In this document: one piece after another, positions 10,694 through 21,850 of the stretch | Numbering within the stretch: the first letter of the stretch is position 1 | How the letters are laid out: each line of letters opens with the position of its first letter | From: Octopus sinensis | Taxonomy: Eukaryota | DNA: 64,000 nt | Direction: 5' to 3' | NCBI RefSeq assembly: GCF_006345805.1 | Contig: NC_042997.1 | Coordinates: 44,764,001-44,828,000, forward strand | Made by a program: the position numbers and the translations under genes | Notes under the pieces: model-generated | What the model was told of the DNA's origin: nothing | Databases searched by the model: none | Seen by the model: only the letters and a program-made list of their open reading frames with translations

Positions 10694-11118
10694 CTCTTTT
10701 ACTCTTTTACTTGTTTCAGTCATTTGACTGCGGCCATGCTGGAGCACCGCCTTTAGTCGAGCAACTCGACCCCGGGACTTATTCTTTTGTAAGCCCAGTA
10801 CTTATTCTATCGGTCTCTTTTGTCGAACCGCTAATGAACGGGGACATAAACACACCAACATCGGTTGTCAAGCAATGCTAGGGGGACAAACACAGACACA
10901 CACACACAAACACACACACACACACACACACACACAGATATATATATACATATATACGACAGGCTTCTTTCAGTTTCCGTCTACCAAATCCACCCACAAG
11001 GCATTGGTCGGCCCGGGGCTATAGCAGAAGACACTTGCCCAAGGTGCCACGCAGTGGGACTGAACCCGGAACCATGTGGTTGGTAAGCAAGCTACTTACC
11101 ACACAGCCACTGCTGCGC
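10694..11118 (-). mobile_element. Full-length tRNA-derived SINE (empty target site)
   Basis: Reverse complement of the 53548 copy; uninterrupted ggtaagtagcttgcttaccaaccac; flanked by ~110-bp direct repeats. Confidence 0.9.
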
Positions 11119-12216
11119 CTAATAATAATAATTTTCTGAAAAAAAGCACAAAGCCAACTATTTTTGGGTTGGTGATGTGGGAGGGAGGAACAAGTTGATA
11201 CTTACGACCCATGTATTTAACAGGTACTTTATATTATCTATTGCATAATTGGGACTCAGAACACAAAGAGCCGGAGAAGTGCCGCAAGGCATTTAGTCCG
11301 ACTCTGTAACGATTCCGCCAGCTCAGTATCATATAATGATGATTGTGATATCTTAATTCGAACTATGAATTATTTCTTAAACCTAGTTATTTTTCTTTAT
11401 GCAGTTTGTGGAAGGAGTTTGATTTTGAGCTACAAATATCAACCCTTCCGTTACCTTCTTCAAAACGCCTTTTTATAGCCACTTCGCAGATTCAATACTT
11501 CTTATTTTTTCTCTGTCTATCTAACGTTTTGTTTCTCCACAATTTTCTTTCCCTCCTCATTTTTTTCATATCATCACTTATGGTTTACATACAGGCCTTC
11601 ATCTATTAATTTCTCATTGATTGTGCTAATATACGCGACTAGATTGTCTTCCTCACTCTCAACATATTCAGTTATGCTTTGTTGATCTCTGCCTCTTTCT
11701 TTCTCGGGGACATATATGAACTTTATATCACCCTGGGAGTGGTTATAAACCAGTTCATCGTTTAGTTTTTTCTTGTTTTCCTGTCCATTTTCTTTTCTTT
11801 TTTTAGCAACTTTTCTTTATATCTTCTTACTATACATGTACTGTACCTTACAAGTAACGTTGCCCATGAATTTATAACTATCATAGTGTTGTCTCCATTG
11901 GCTTTTTAGTATGTCTGTAGCATTCTTTTCGGCTGATATATTTCATGTCGTTATGAAGTATTTTATCTACTTCCCAGATAAAGAGGTATTTGTATGCTTT
12001 CATTCAACTCAATCACCTTGATAACTTCTCTGGAGGTCAACACCAATCTACCTCTCCTTGATACTTTCCCCACTTTTCAGTTTCAGATGACAATATCTCT
12101 TCAGTCTAAATTCTATTTTTTTGTTTCTTTTTTTTTTTATATTTGCAGTCTAGCATCGAAGCAATCGTCTGATGCTTTCTCCCCAAAATTGTGGAACTTG
12201 TGGCATAATTTGAAAC

Positions 12217-12271
<55 letters not shown>

Positions 12272-13937
12272 GCCTTTGCACAGCTTCCAACGTTGGAGAT
12301 GTACGACGGTGTCAGTCGTTCACTACCAGTGAACTAAGGTAACACCTCTTATTTTTCGAGCACCTTCCGGAGTATTCGAGCGGTTTCAAGCAGTACTGTT
12401 TTCTGCAAGTGCTCCACCCTTAATCAGCCCCTATTTGTTCCATGAATTTCTCAAGATTCTTGCTCACTGTTTCCAGAGCTCCGACAATTATTGGTACTAC
12501 TACCACCTTTTTCAGCGACCACAACTGCTTAACCTCCCAAGCTAACCTGATCTTTTGATTCAGTAGCCTTGAACTCCATCTGGTCCCGGGGCCTTCTAGT
12601 TGCTCATTTTTTTGCTGATTTCCTTCACTTCCCTAACTGAAATGACTAGTTCTGCCTGTTTTGGACAGACTATTGTTTGTTTCAGTTCTTGCAACCATTC
12701 AGCATCCTCCTTATGTTCCTTGTCTTTGCTTCAGATGTCACTCCAAAATCTCTGACTTTCGCTGTTATCTGGTATCAACTTTTCATCTGTACACTCTCCG
12801 TTTATTTCTTTGTAGAAACTCTTCTGATCTACTGTGAATAACCTATTCTGGTGGTAACCCTTCATTCTTTGGTCGTATCTTACCATCTCTGCTTTCTTTA
12901 CAACGAAGCGCTGTTTCAGTTCCTCCATTGCCACTTTCAGGCCCTTTCTTTCAATATTATACTTCCTTTTCAGCGCCCTATATTTTTGTTCGCTTTTAAT
13001 CTCCCCTTTCTCTTTTCGGTCTAACATAGAAATTTCCTTCGAATGCATATGTAACCCTGCCTGTATTCTTCTTTTCCACCCTGGATCTTTTCTATTGTCA
13101 CTCCCATTATGTTTCTTTTTCTTGACCTCGACACCCACGTTTTCTGCTACAACAATACTTGCTGCCTTGATCAAATTATTTGTTCTGTGATATTTTTTGT
13201 TCTGGTGTATTTCAGAATTTCTTTGACATTTATCGTTTCTTGGTTCAATTTCCATCGATCAGCCTTCTTAACTTTGGAAATAATGTCACTATCATTCTCC
13301 TGTAATCTTGCCTTTATTCTGTCATAGATTGCCTTTTGTTCATCTGTCATATCACCATTAGTTTTATTGTCTTCTTTTAGATCATCTATATGTCTCTCAT
13401 CAAGTAAACTACCACTTTCCTGTGCTATGAGATTACTTTTATTAGTAAGAACTGTATTTTCATCGTTATCTCTGCTGCTATTTTCCAAAACTCGTCTTTT
13501 GATAGCTTCGAGCTCTACTTCTGTGAACCAACAATTTTTCCTTATTGCTCTAGCTTGATCACATAGTCTCTGTTCCGTGAGTTGAGACAATCCCTTTTCT
13601 CTCCAATGATCATACACCATTGTCACTAACCCCTAATTTGAGCACCATATTCGTCTACCGGTTTGCTCAGATAGTAACACTCCATGACCACAGCATTAAT
13701 TTGCTTACTCCATCTACGCTGTGTGTAGAGGTCCCTTTTTGGATGTCGACAGGCTGGAGCCGGACCAGAATCTCTGAGCCTGCCGAGTGTAACACTGTCA
13801 CCATCAATGGCTTCAGTTTCATTACCACCGTTATTCACAATATTTCGTTTTTTCATTGTCACTCATATGAGGTAGCGATTATCAGGTTGCGCAATTATCA
13901 ATGTGTTTATTGTAACACCATCACTGGATGTATCATT
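12272..13937 (-). mobile_element. R4/Dong-like RLE non-LTR element with internal deletion, between (TAA)n tracts
   Basis: N-terminus RRWSKQINAVVMECYYLS...EQRLCDQARAIRK; KAPGPDGVQGY is joined directly to the C-terminal VVVVPIIVGAL...LQKTVLLETARILRKVL; 3' (AAT)n at 12219-12271. Confidence 0.8.
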
Positions 13938-13939
13938 AA

Positions 13940-13970
<31 letters not shown>

Positions 13971-14086
13971 TATTATTATTACTATTATTATTATTATTAT
14001 TATTATTGTTGTTATTATTATTATTATTACTATTATTATTATTATTATTTATTATTATTATTATACTATTATTATTATTATATTAC

Positions 14087-14125
<39 letters not shown>

Positions 14126-14134
14126 ATTATTATT

Positions 14135-14165
<31 letters not shown>

Positions 14166-14231
14166 TATTATTATTATTACTATATTATTATTATTTATTA
14201 TTATTATTATTATATTATTACTATTATTATA

Positions 14232-14270
<39 letters not shown>

Positions 14271-14460
14271 TATTATTATTATTTATTATTATTATTATTA
14301 TTATATATTATTATTATTATTATTATATATTATTATTATTACTATTATTATTATTATATTATTATTATTATTATATTATTATATTATTATATTACTATTA
14401 TTATTATTATTATTATTATTACTATTATTATTATTATATTATTATTACTATTATTATTAC

Positions 14461-14496
<36 letters not shown>

Positions 14497-14571
14497 TATT
14501 ATTATTATTATTATTACTATTATTATTACTATTATTATTATTATTATTATTATATTATTATTATTTATTAC

Positions 14572-14607
<36 letters not shown>

Positions 14608-14724
14608 TATTATTATTATACTATTATTATATTATTATTATTATTACTATTATTATTATTTTATTATTATTATTACTATTATTATTATTATTATTATTAC
14701 TATTATTATTATTATTATTATTAC

Positions 14725-14772
<48 letters not shown>

Positions 14773-14786
14773 TATTATTATTATTA
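13938..14786. repeat. Imperfect (ATT)n microsatellite, ~850 bp
   Basis: Direct reading; scattered ACT and slippage variants. Confidence 0.98.
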
Positions 14787-14935
14787 GGTGGCGAGCTGGC
14801 AGAATCGTTAGCACGCCGGGAAAAATGCTTTGCAGCATTTCGTCTGCCTTGACGTTCTGAGTTCAAATTCCGCCAAGATTGACTTTGCCTCTCATTCTTT
14901 CGAGATCGATAAACTAAGTACCAGTTACACAAGCG
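14787..14935 (+). mobile_element. tRNA-derived SINE (second family), 5' part
   Basis: ggtggcgagctggcagaatcgttagcacgccggg...ttctgagttcaaattccgcc. Confidence 0.8.
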
Positions 14936-15523
14936 CCGACTTGTTGATATCACACAATTAAACGGCAAACGAAAATGGCAATTATACACCTTACGCTTAA
15001 TAACTTGAAACGACTAACTGCGGACTAATTCAACTTAAATCATCCACAGGAGTGCACCTTTATAATAAATTACACCGTCCAAAAACGGGTGCATTTGCTA
15101 GTGTGTGTATATATAAACTTTGAATAGATTTACTGAGGTGATCCCTTTTTGCAACCATAGGTTTTCGTCCACCTTTTTGAAAGTGTATAGAAATAAAAGG
15201 AGATGTAATAAAATTGTTTAGTGTTACGGGGATTTGAAACCGGCGCGGTTAAATTTCTGCTAATATGAGTGTTTAGCAATAGACATTTTTTTCTCCAAAC
15301 TTTTAGAAAATTTGTACTGGTCTGCTGATGGGTTTTCTTTGAAATAATATAACATTTTCATAAAAATGTTTTACTCTGTGACATGCTACAGCAATTCTGA
15401 GTCCAGATTCGGAATCAGCGCACTCGATTTAGTTTATTACAGCACCATTTGTCTGGTAGCAGACAATAAAGTTTTTGTTGCCCAGTGTTATTTTTTCTGA
15501 TGCTCTACCGTTTCTACTATGAA

Positions 15524-15822
15524 GGCGCATGGTTCGGTGTTTAGGGCGTCGGACTCAAAATCATGAGTTTGTGTGTTCGATTTTTTGTTGTGTTTGTTGT
15601 GTTCTTGAGCAAGACACTTTATTTCACGTTGCTCCAGTTCACTCAGCTGTAGAAATGAGTTACGATGTCATCGGTGCCAAGCTGTATCGGCCCCTTTGCC
15701 TTTCCCTTGGATAACATCAGTAGCGTGGTGGGCGGAGACTGGTATGCATGGGCGACTGCTGGTCTTCCATGAACAACCTTGCTCGGACTTGTGCCTCGGA
15801 GGGGAACTTTCTAGGTGCAATC
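15524..15822 (+). mobile_element. tRNA-derived SINE (third family)
   Basis: aggcgcatgg...ttgagcaagacactttatttcacgttgctccagttcactcagctg...; an inverted, better preserved copy lies at 41294-41600. Confidence 0.75.
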
Positions 15823-15834
15823 CTATCCTGTTAC

Positions 15835-16190
15835 ACTTACTTGTTTCAGTTATTTGACTGTGGCCATGCTGGAGCACCGCCTTTAGTCGAACAAATCGAC
15901 CCTAGGACTTATTCTTTGTAAGCCTAGTACTTATTCTATCGTTCACTTTAGCCGGACCGTTAAGTTAGGGGCACGTAAACACACCAGCATCGGTTGTCAA
16001 GCGATGGTGGGGAGACAAACACAGACACACACACACACACATGGATATACAACGGACTTCTTTCAGTTTCCGTCTACCAAATCCACTCACAAGGCTTTGA
16101 TCGGCCCGAGGCTATAGCAGAAGACATTTGTCCAAGGTTCCACACAGTGAGACTGAACCCGGAACCATGTGGTTGGTAAACAAGCTACTT
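15835..16190 (-). mobile_element. 3' part of the SINE split by copy D (5' head at 18214-18243)
   Basis: Minus strand resumes aagtagcttgtttaccaaccacatggttccgggttcagtc...; joining it to 18214-18243 restores a complete SINE. Confidence 0.88.
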
Positions 16191-18213
16191 TATTTCATAA
16201 AATTGGCTATGCAGCCTTACAAAGATGTAGCTGCGGGTTGGACAAAGACACAAATGATAATGGAATGGAAAAAAATGGTTGGTGGGGGAAGCAGACAACG
16301 CCCACCGAATGCTGCTTCTCGAAAACATTGTTCTCTTTTTCTCAACAACACAAAATGAGGTATTGAACTTCTTACCACAGTTCAAAGAATGGACACAATC
16401 GTCCTTACAAGATGAGACGCTGAGCCTCTTACCAAAAAATAACAAATTCAAATCGAGGTACTAAGGCCTCTTACCTTTCCTCCTCGACCAGGCTATATGC
16501 CGCCCGCAGGCAATCCTGCAGTTCTCAGTCGGGGCTCCAAAAAGCAAAACTATATTGGTCCTTGGGAAAGGAGTCAAGGAGTCCATCACCCTGAACATAT
16601 CATTCTCCAAGTTACCTGCGGAAGCCAATCCGGGTCTTCAGTCCAGGACAGGATCCCCTCCGTCTCTCTAGCTTCACAAAGCTCTGTACAGCTCCTTCCT
16701 TATGAAAGATCACAAAATCATCCTTCGTTATAATGGGAGGGGCCACAGTTTCCTTCGTCGATGGCACAATTCCCACTGATGAGGTTTCAGGACATGCCGG
16801 CAGTGTACTACTAACCGCCGATAATGTCCCATTCTTCTTCTTCATTTTTCTCCATTGTGCTACGGGAGGGTGTAGTTCCTCTGCTTTATCCGGAGGATCT
16901 TCCCTCCTTCCCGCAGCCTTGAGGTTCTTCGGTAGGCAACCATTGTTTCCCACCTTCTTCCTTTTCCCCCCTTTTTTCGAGGAGGTCTCCACCTCTTCGA
17001 CTGCCTCCATCTCTCCCTTTAAAGGAGGGGGCACTACTTTTATTAACTGCTCCAGGACCCTACTTTGGGCCTGGGGACAGTTCTTCTTAATATGGCCCAG
17101 TTCCAGGCACAGGTGACACTTGGTGGGGAGGGGTGTCCCTTAAGTATCACTGGGTACCTGTAATCGGCCATTTTCATAAAATCTGGAAATACCAGATCTT
17201 TAGCGGCTGACTGGGTCCATAGGGTCAAAACCGCTTTTGACCCCACCCAATCAGCCGCCGGCAACAATTTCACAATTAAAAGCTTGGGCCCGCTGCCACC
17301 CAGACCCCGGCAGATAGTGTCTTCTATCCATTGCAGTTCAATGCCCGGTGGAAGCCCACAGACCCAAGCTCTTCATAATTTCTTCCCACAATATATGGGA
17401 AGAAACAGAATCTTTCGCCCTTCTTAGGGCTGGCTCGCAAATTTGCGAGCCACCTCAGGGGTGTCAAATAGCAACAACACCTTTGCATATCTAACAGCCT
17501 TGGAAATAAGCTTAATTAATCTTTTTCTATTTCTGTCTTAGGAAAGACCGCGATGGTGTCGAGTGACTTAGAATAAGTCCTCAACACCACAGTTCTTTCC
17601 TCTAAGTGTTTTAACCATTGCTTAGGTGGGATAATTTCCCACTCCAACGCAGTGTTCAATTTCTTCGCCATGCTTTGAGGAAAAAGTTCAGAAAAAAAAA
17701 ACAAACAACAGAAGTCCAAACAAAGTCAAAAAACATTTCGGAGGAAGACAAAGAAGAGAAAAAGAAAGAAGGAAGACAGTTCAAATCACGGCAACACACA
17801 ATTACAGCCAACCTGTACTCCTGGCCAACAGGTACTCCAAAAGGTATTCCAAAAGTGAACAGGGACACAGCAGCAGGAACACAACTTCAAAAAAATCCGC
17901 CATAAATAGGTAAAAATTCAGAAATTTTGCCAAATAAATTTCAAAATTTTTGTGGGCGGGATTCGCCCCCAAAACAACACAATTCTCACAATTAAGGGAG
18001 ACAGCGCAACTGTAAGCAGACAAATGTCCCGGAATCCAGTGGGTATTTCTTGTTCGAAAAAATAATGGACATCAAACAAAAAACCCCCACTGAATCCCCC
18101 AAAACAAACGTCCTACCTTACAGTTGCGTCTCAAAGTTCTTCAATTCTATACAGCTGCAAAGCAACGTCTTGACTACACCAGTGCTGTAGTAAACTAACT
18201 AACGCATGCGCGT
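16191..18213 (-). mobile_element. Complete ORF1-only L1/Tx1-like retroelement, copy D (2023 bp)
   Basis: Flanked by 13-bp TSD-like copies (18214-18226 and 16178-16190); 5'UTR, ORF1 and ~270-bp 3'UTR ending aattttatgaaataaa; no ORF2. Confidence 0.85.
16461..17671 (-). pseudogene. Disrupted gag-like ORF1 of copy D
   Basis: MAKKLNTALEWEIIPPKQW...LLFDTPEVARKFASQP...CHLCLELGHIKKNCP...KRKKVGNNGC...RHIAWSRRKGKRP*; homologous to copy A ORF1. Confidence 0.78.
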
Positions 18214-18331
18214 AAGCAAGCTGTTTACCACACAGCCACTCTTGCGCATATACTGTCTTTATATAGATTAAATGAGAAGAAATATACATGGTTGCGAGGA
18301 TTGTTAGATGAATCGTATACATAATGAAATA

Positions 18332-18540
18332 ACTCTTTTACTCTTTTACTCTTTTACTTGTTTCAGTCATTTGACTGCGGCCATGCTGGAGCACCGCCTT
18401 TAGTCGAGCAAATCGACTCCGGGACTTATTCTTTGTAAGCCCAGTACTTATTCTATCGGTCTCTTTTGCCGAACCGCTAAGTAACGGGGACATAAACACA
18501 CCAGCATCGGTTGTCAAGCAATGCTAGGGGACAAACACAG

Positions 18541-18605
<65 letters not shown>

Positions 18606-18762
18606 TACGACGGGCTTCTTTCAGTTTCCGTCTACCAAATCCACTCACAAGGCATTGGTCGGTCCGGGGCTATAGCAGAAGACACTTGCCCAAGATGCCA
18701 CGCAGTGGGACTGAAACCGGAACCATGTGGTTGGTTAGCAAGCTGCTTACCACACAGCCACT
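18332..18762 (-). mobile_element. Full-length tRNA-derived SINE (first family)
   Basis: Same family as 10694-11118; internal (TA)/(CA) microsatellite. Confidence 0.9.
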
Positions 18763-18857
18763 CCTCAGTCTTTACTCTTTTTTTTTCTACCGTTTCTACT
18801 AAGTCGCCAAACAAACTGGTATGAAGTTCAGCATAACGATGTAAAAGTCTTATGATG

Positions 18858-19095
18858 CAGGGTGTTGAAAAAGTCTCTCCGCAGTGAATTTTTTTCATCC
18901 TGCGCATCACATGGCGTTATTTCAAGAGTTTTCCGGTGAACGGTTTATTTGAAAGGGACTTTGGCCACCAAGATTACCTGATTTAAACACTACCAGCTTT
19001 TTTTTTTTTTTCTCTGGAGCAAGTAAAGGATCAGTGTACAAGGATACCCCGAAAGTATTAAATACTTACTGCGGAGAGACTTTTTGAACACCTTA
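18858..19095 (+). mobile_element. Deleted Tc1/mariner derivative
   Basis: TIRs cagggtgttgaaaaagtctctccgcagt / actgcggagagactttttgaacacctta|TA; internal WPPRLPDL (WPxxSPDL motif). Confidence 0.75.
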
Positions 19096-19332
19096 TATAA
19101 TCAAGCATCGTCTTTTTAACACCAAATCGGCCTTGATTGAGCAGACCGATTGTTATATTTTCATAAATGTGTGTATGAGTATGTATATGTGTGTATGTAT
19201 GTATGTATGTATGTATATATATATTCAGAAATATTTCTGATTTGGGTAATCAGTGAATAAACGTCACTGAAAATTAGATATATATATTTACGAAGTCGGG
19301 ACAGATATCTGCGGCTGGCGGGCTTCTGCTAC

Positions 19333-19379
19333 TCTAGACCGATGATGGACAAAGATCCCGAAACATGCGTGTTTCTAGA
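19333..19379 (+). ncRNA. Degenerate type I hammerhead ribozyme motif
   Basis: tctaga-CCGAUGA-tggacaaagatccc-GAAAC-atgcgt-GUU-tctaga: perfect 6-bp stem I and 4-bp stem III; core changes U4C and G10.1U. Confidence 0.55.
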
Positions 19380-19539
19380 TGCAGGCCTGGCTGCTGGGGG
19401 TATTTGTCTCCCCTTCGTAAATATATAAGGACACAGGAAAAAATGTGTCGAAGCCATCAGGAGGCGTCGATGCTTCCTAGGGCTAAACAGCGGTGGTGTA
19501 ATACCCTACTGTCACGTTAAATTGACAGTATACAACCAT

Positions 19540-19543
19540 TCTA

Positions 19544-19611
<68 letters not shown>

Positions 19612-20108
19612 TGTAGTTGTGTGAGTGTCTGTCCCCTTCGATTTAGATTCCTAACTACTCCCACATTTTGCGGTGCAGTTTAACCAAATTCGGGTATCTT
19701 ATAGTCGTGATTAATATCGAGCCCGTCTGGCTATTAGCGCGCGTCTACGATGAGTCTACGATTTTAAAAATAATTTAACATCATTTTTTATTCCATTTTA
19801 AAGCATAATTTTTCGTGTGTCGATGGCGGCGGAGTTGGCGTCCATGGTCACACCTGCACCTATTTGCTTCTCCCCCTTCTTCCCTCCCTCGTGAAGCTGT
19901 GGGGAAGGGAGTGTAAGGAAATCAACGTTGTAAAGCGTTGTCAAGGAGACCAGCGTTCTTTTAGAACAACGACTTCATGGCTTGAAGACACCAAAACAGA
20001 AATGACTAAGAAAGCCCGAATTGGCGTCTATAAGGGAAGTAACTCTCTAAAAATGCTTATATAGTTATTTCCCTTACAAACCCGAGCAACGCCGGACGAT
20101 ACTGCTAG
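19540..20108 (+). mobile_element. Non-autonomous Helitron, copy 1
   Basis: Ends cccgagcaacgccggacgatactgCTAG|T; the 5' end is lost in (TA)n; carries an extra ~200-bp internal module. Confidence 0.8.
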
Positions 20109-20499
20109 TATATATATATATATGATTAGCACTAATTTGTTATGCGCATTTAGTAGACAGTATAACAACGTTATAGTGATGTCGATTAAGTGACATCGTA
20201 TAATTTTATAAGTATGCGTGAAAGAGGGGGGGCGTTACCACCTTGTACGTAAACAACAAGAACAATAAGAGTTTGCGAAACGTTTGTAATAAGTCATAAC
20301 ATATTTATTACTGGAGGTAATGCGTTAACATGTAAGGTTAATTGAAGGAAAAGCTTGTAACATCACATGAGCCCAGGTCTCCAAGTAAAATGAGGGAAAC
20401 ACAGGCGCGAGTGGATGTGTTTGCGAGTGGCCTGACTCAATGCACGTTTAGGAATCGACAGACAACAGTGATTTCTTTATTCGCCGACAAAATGGCATA

Positions 20500-21380
20500 T
20501 CTTTATATATAAAAGTGAAGTTGTGTGAGTGTCTGTCTCCTACGATTTAGATTCCTAACTACTCCCACATTTTGCGGTGCAGTTTAACCAAAACCGGGTA
20601 TCTTATAGTCGTGATTCATATCGAGCCCGTCTGGGTATTAGCGCGCGTCTACGATGAGTCTACGATTTTAAAAATAATTTACCATCATTTTTTTCTATTT
20701 TTTAATGCATATTTTTTAAATAAAGGGCTCACACCTGCACCTGTGTTGTTTCTCTCCCTTCTTCCCTCCCGCGTGAAGCTGTGGGGAAGGCAGGGTAGGG
20801 AAATCAACGTCGTAATGCGTTGTTAAGGAGACCAGCGTTCTTTTAGAACAACGACTTCATGGCTTGAAGTCGCCAAAACAGAAATCGCTAAAAAAGCTGA
20901 AACAGATCCACAAAAACGGCAAAAACCGCCACACAGGGCAGGTTTCCTGTGCAAACAATTTGCACAACCGAATGTTTTAGTTGTTGCACAAATCTTTATA
21001 TATAAAAGTCAAGTTGTGTGTCTGTCTCCTACGATTTAGATTCCTAACTACTCCTACATTTTGCGGTGCAGTTTAACCAAAACCGGGTATCTTATAGTCG
21101 TGATTCATATCGAGCCCTTCTGGGTATTAGCGCGCGTCTACGATGAGTCTACGATTTTAAAAAAAATTTACCATCATTTTTTTCCATTTTAATACATTTT
21201 TTCGCTATTATATAAGGGAAGTAACTCTCTAAAAATGTCTACGATGAGTCAACGATTTAAAAAAAAAATTACCATAATTTTTTATTCCATTTTTAATGCA
21301 TTTTTTTGCTATAACTCTCTAAAAATGCTTATATAGTTATTTCCCTTACAAATCCGAGCAACGCCGCGCGATACTGCTAG
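20500..21380 (+). mobile_element. Tandem Helitron (copy 2 lacking a 3' end, fused to copy 3 at 20993)
   Basis: A|TCTTTATATATAAAAG at 20500 and 20993; a single hairpin plus CTAG|T at 21380. Confidence 0.82.
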
Positions 21381-21631
21381 TATTCATTAAAATTTTAAAA
21401 TCATAACGTCTTATCATCCTGATCCTCGTATTGCAATTACAAGCACTGATGGACCGCCTCCCCTGTAAGACTTCCATTGTTTGTCCCCGACCCCTCCTTC
21501 TTATTATATCTATGTATGCCTGTCTGTCTGTTTGGTTTATTCATTCAACAAGTAAGGAATTAATTTTTGCTTTTGTTTGTTGTCCTTTAAAGGAATTTCT
21601 TTTTCTGCTTGTGGTTTCCGTAGTTCTGGAT

Positions 21632-21850
21632 CAGAACTACGACCCCACCTCCCCCTCCGGTTCGACTAGGAGACATGATTTTCTCATAACCGTTCAGGAG
21701 AGGTGTGAAAGCCTGCAACTAGTCCAACTTGGTCTCTGTAGCAGCCATCACATTTATTCTGTGTGACCTGAGGCCCTCGAGGTAACAAGCCTGCTTCCTC
21801 TTTGACCCCAAGCCAAGCACATTCAAACATCCGATCTTTAATGTAGCCAT
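21632..21850 (-). pseudogene. APE endonuclease N-terminus of ORF2
   Basis: With one frameshift reads MATLK-IGCLNVLGLGSKRKQACYLEGLRSHRINVMAATETKL...GGGVVVL, matching APE motifs (NV.GL, ETK, GV). Confidence 0.7.

Noticed and set aside
10865-11086. Recurrent MSSNARGT.../LLSVSVYQIH ORFs (also at 18521, 29396, 53532)
   Set aside because: Translations of the antisense SINE sequence.
13620-14989. Long poly-Y/I/L/N ORFs
   Set aside because: Read-through of the (ATT)n microsatellite; no coding signal.
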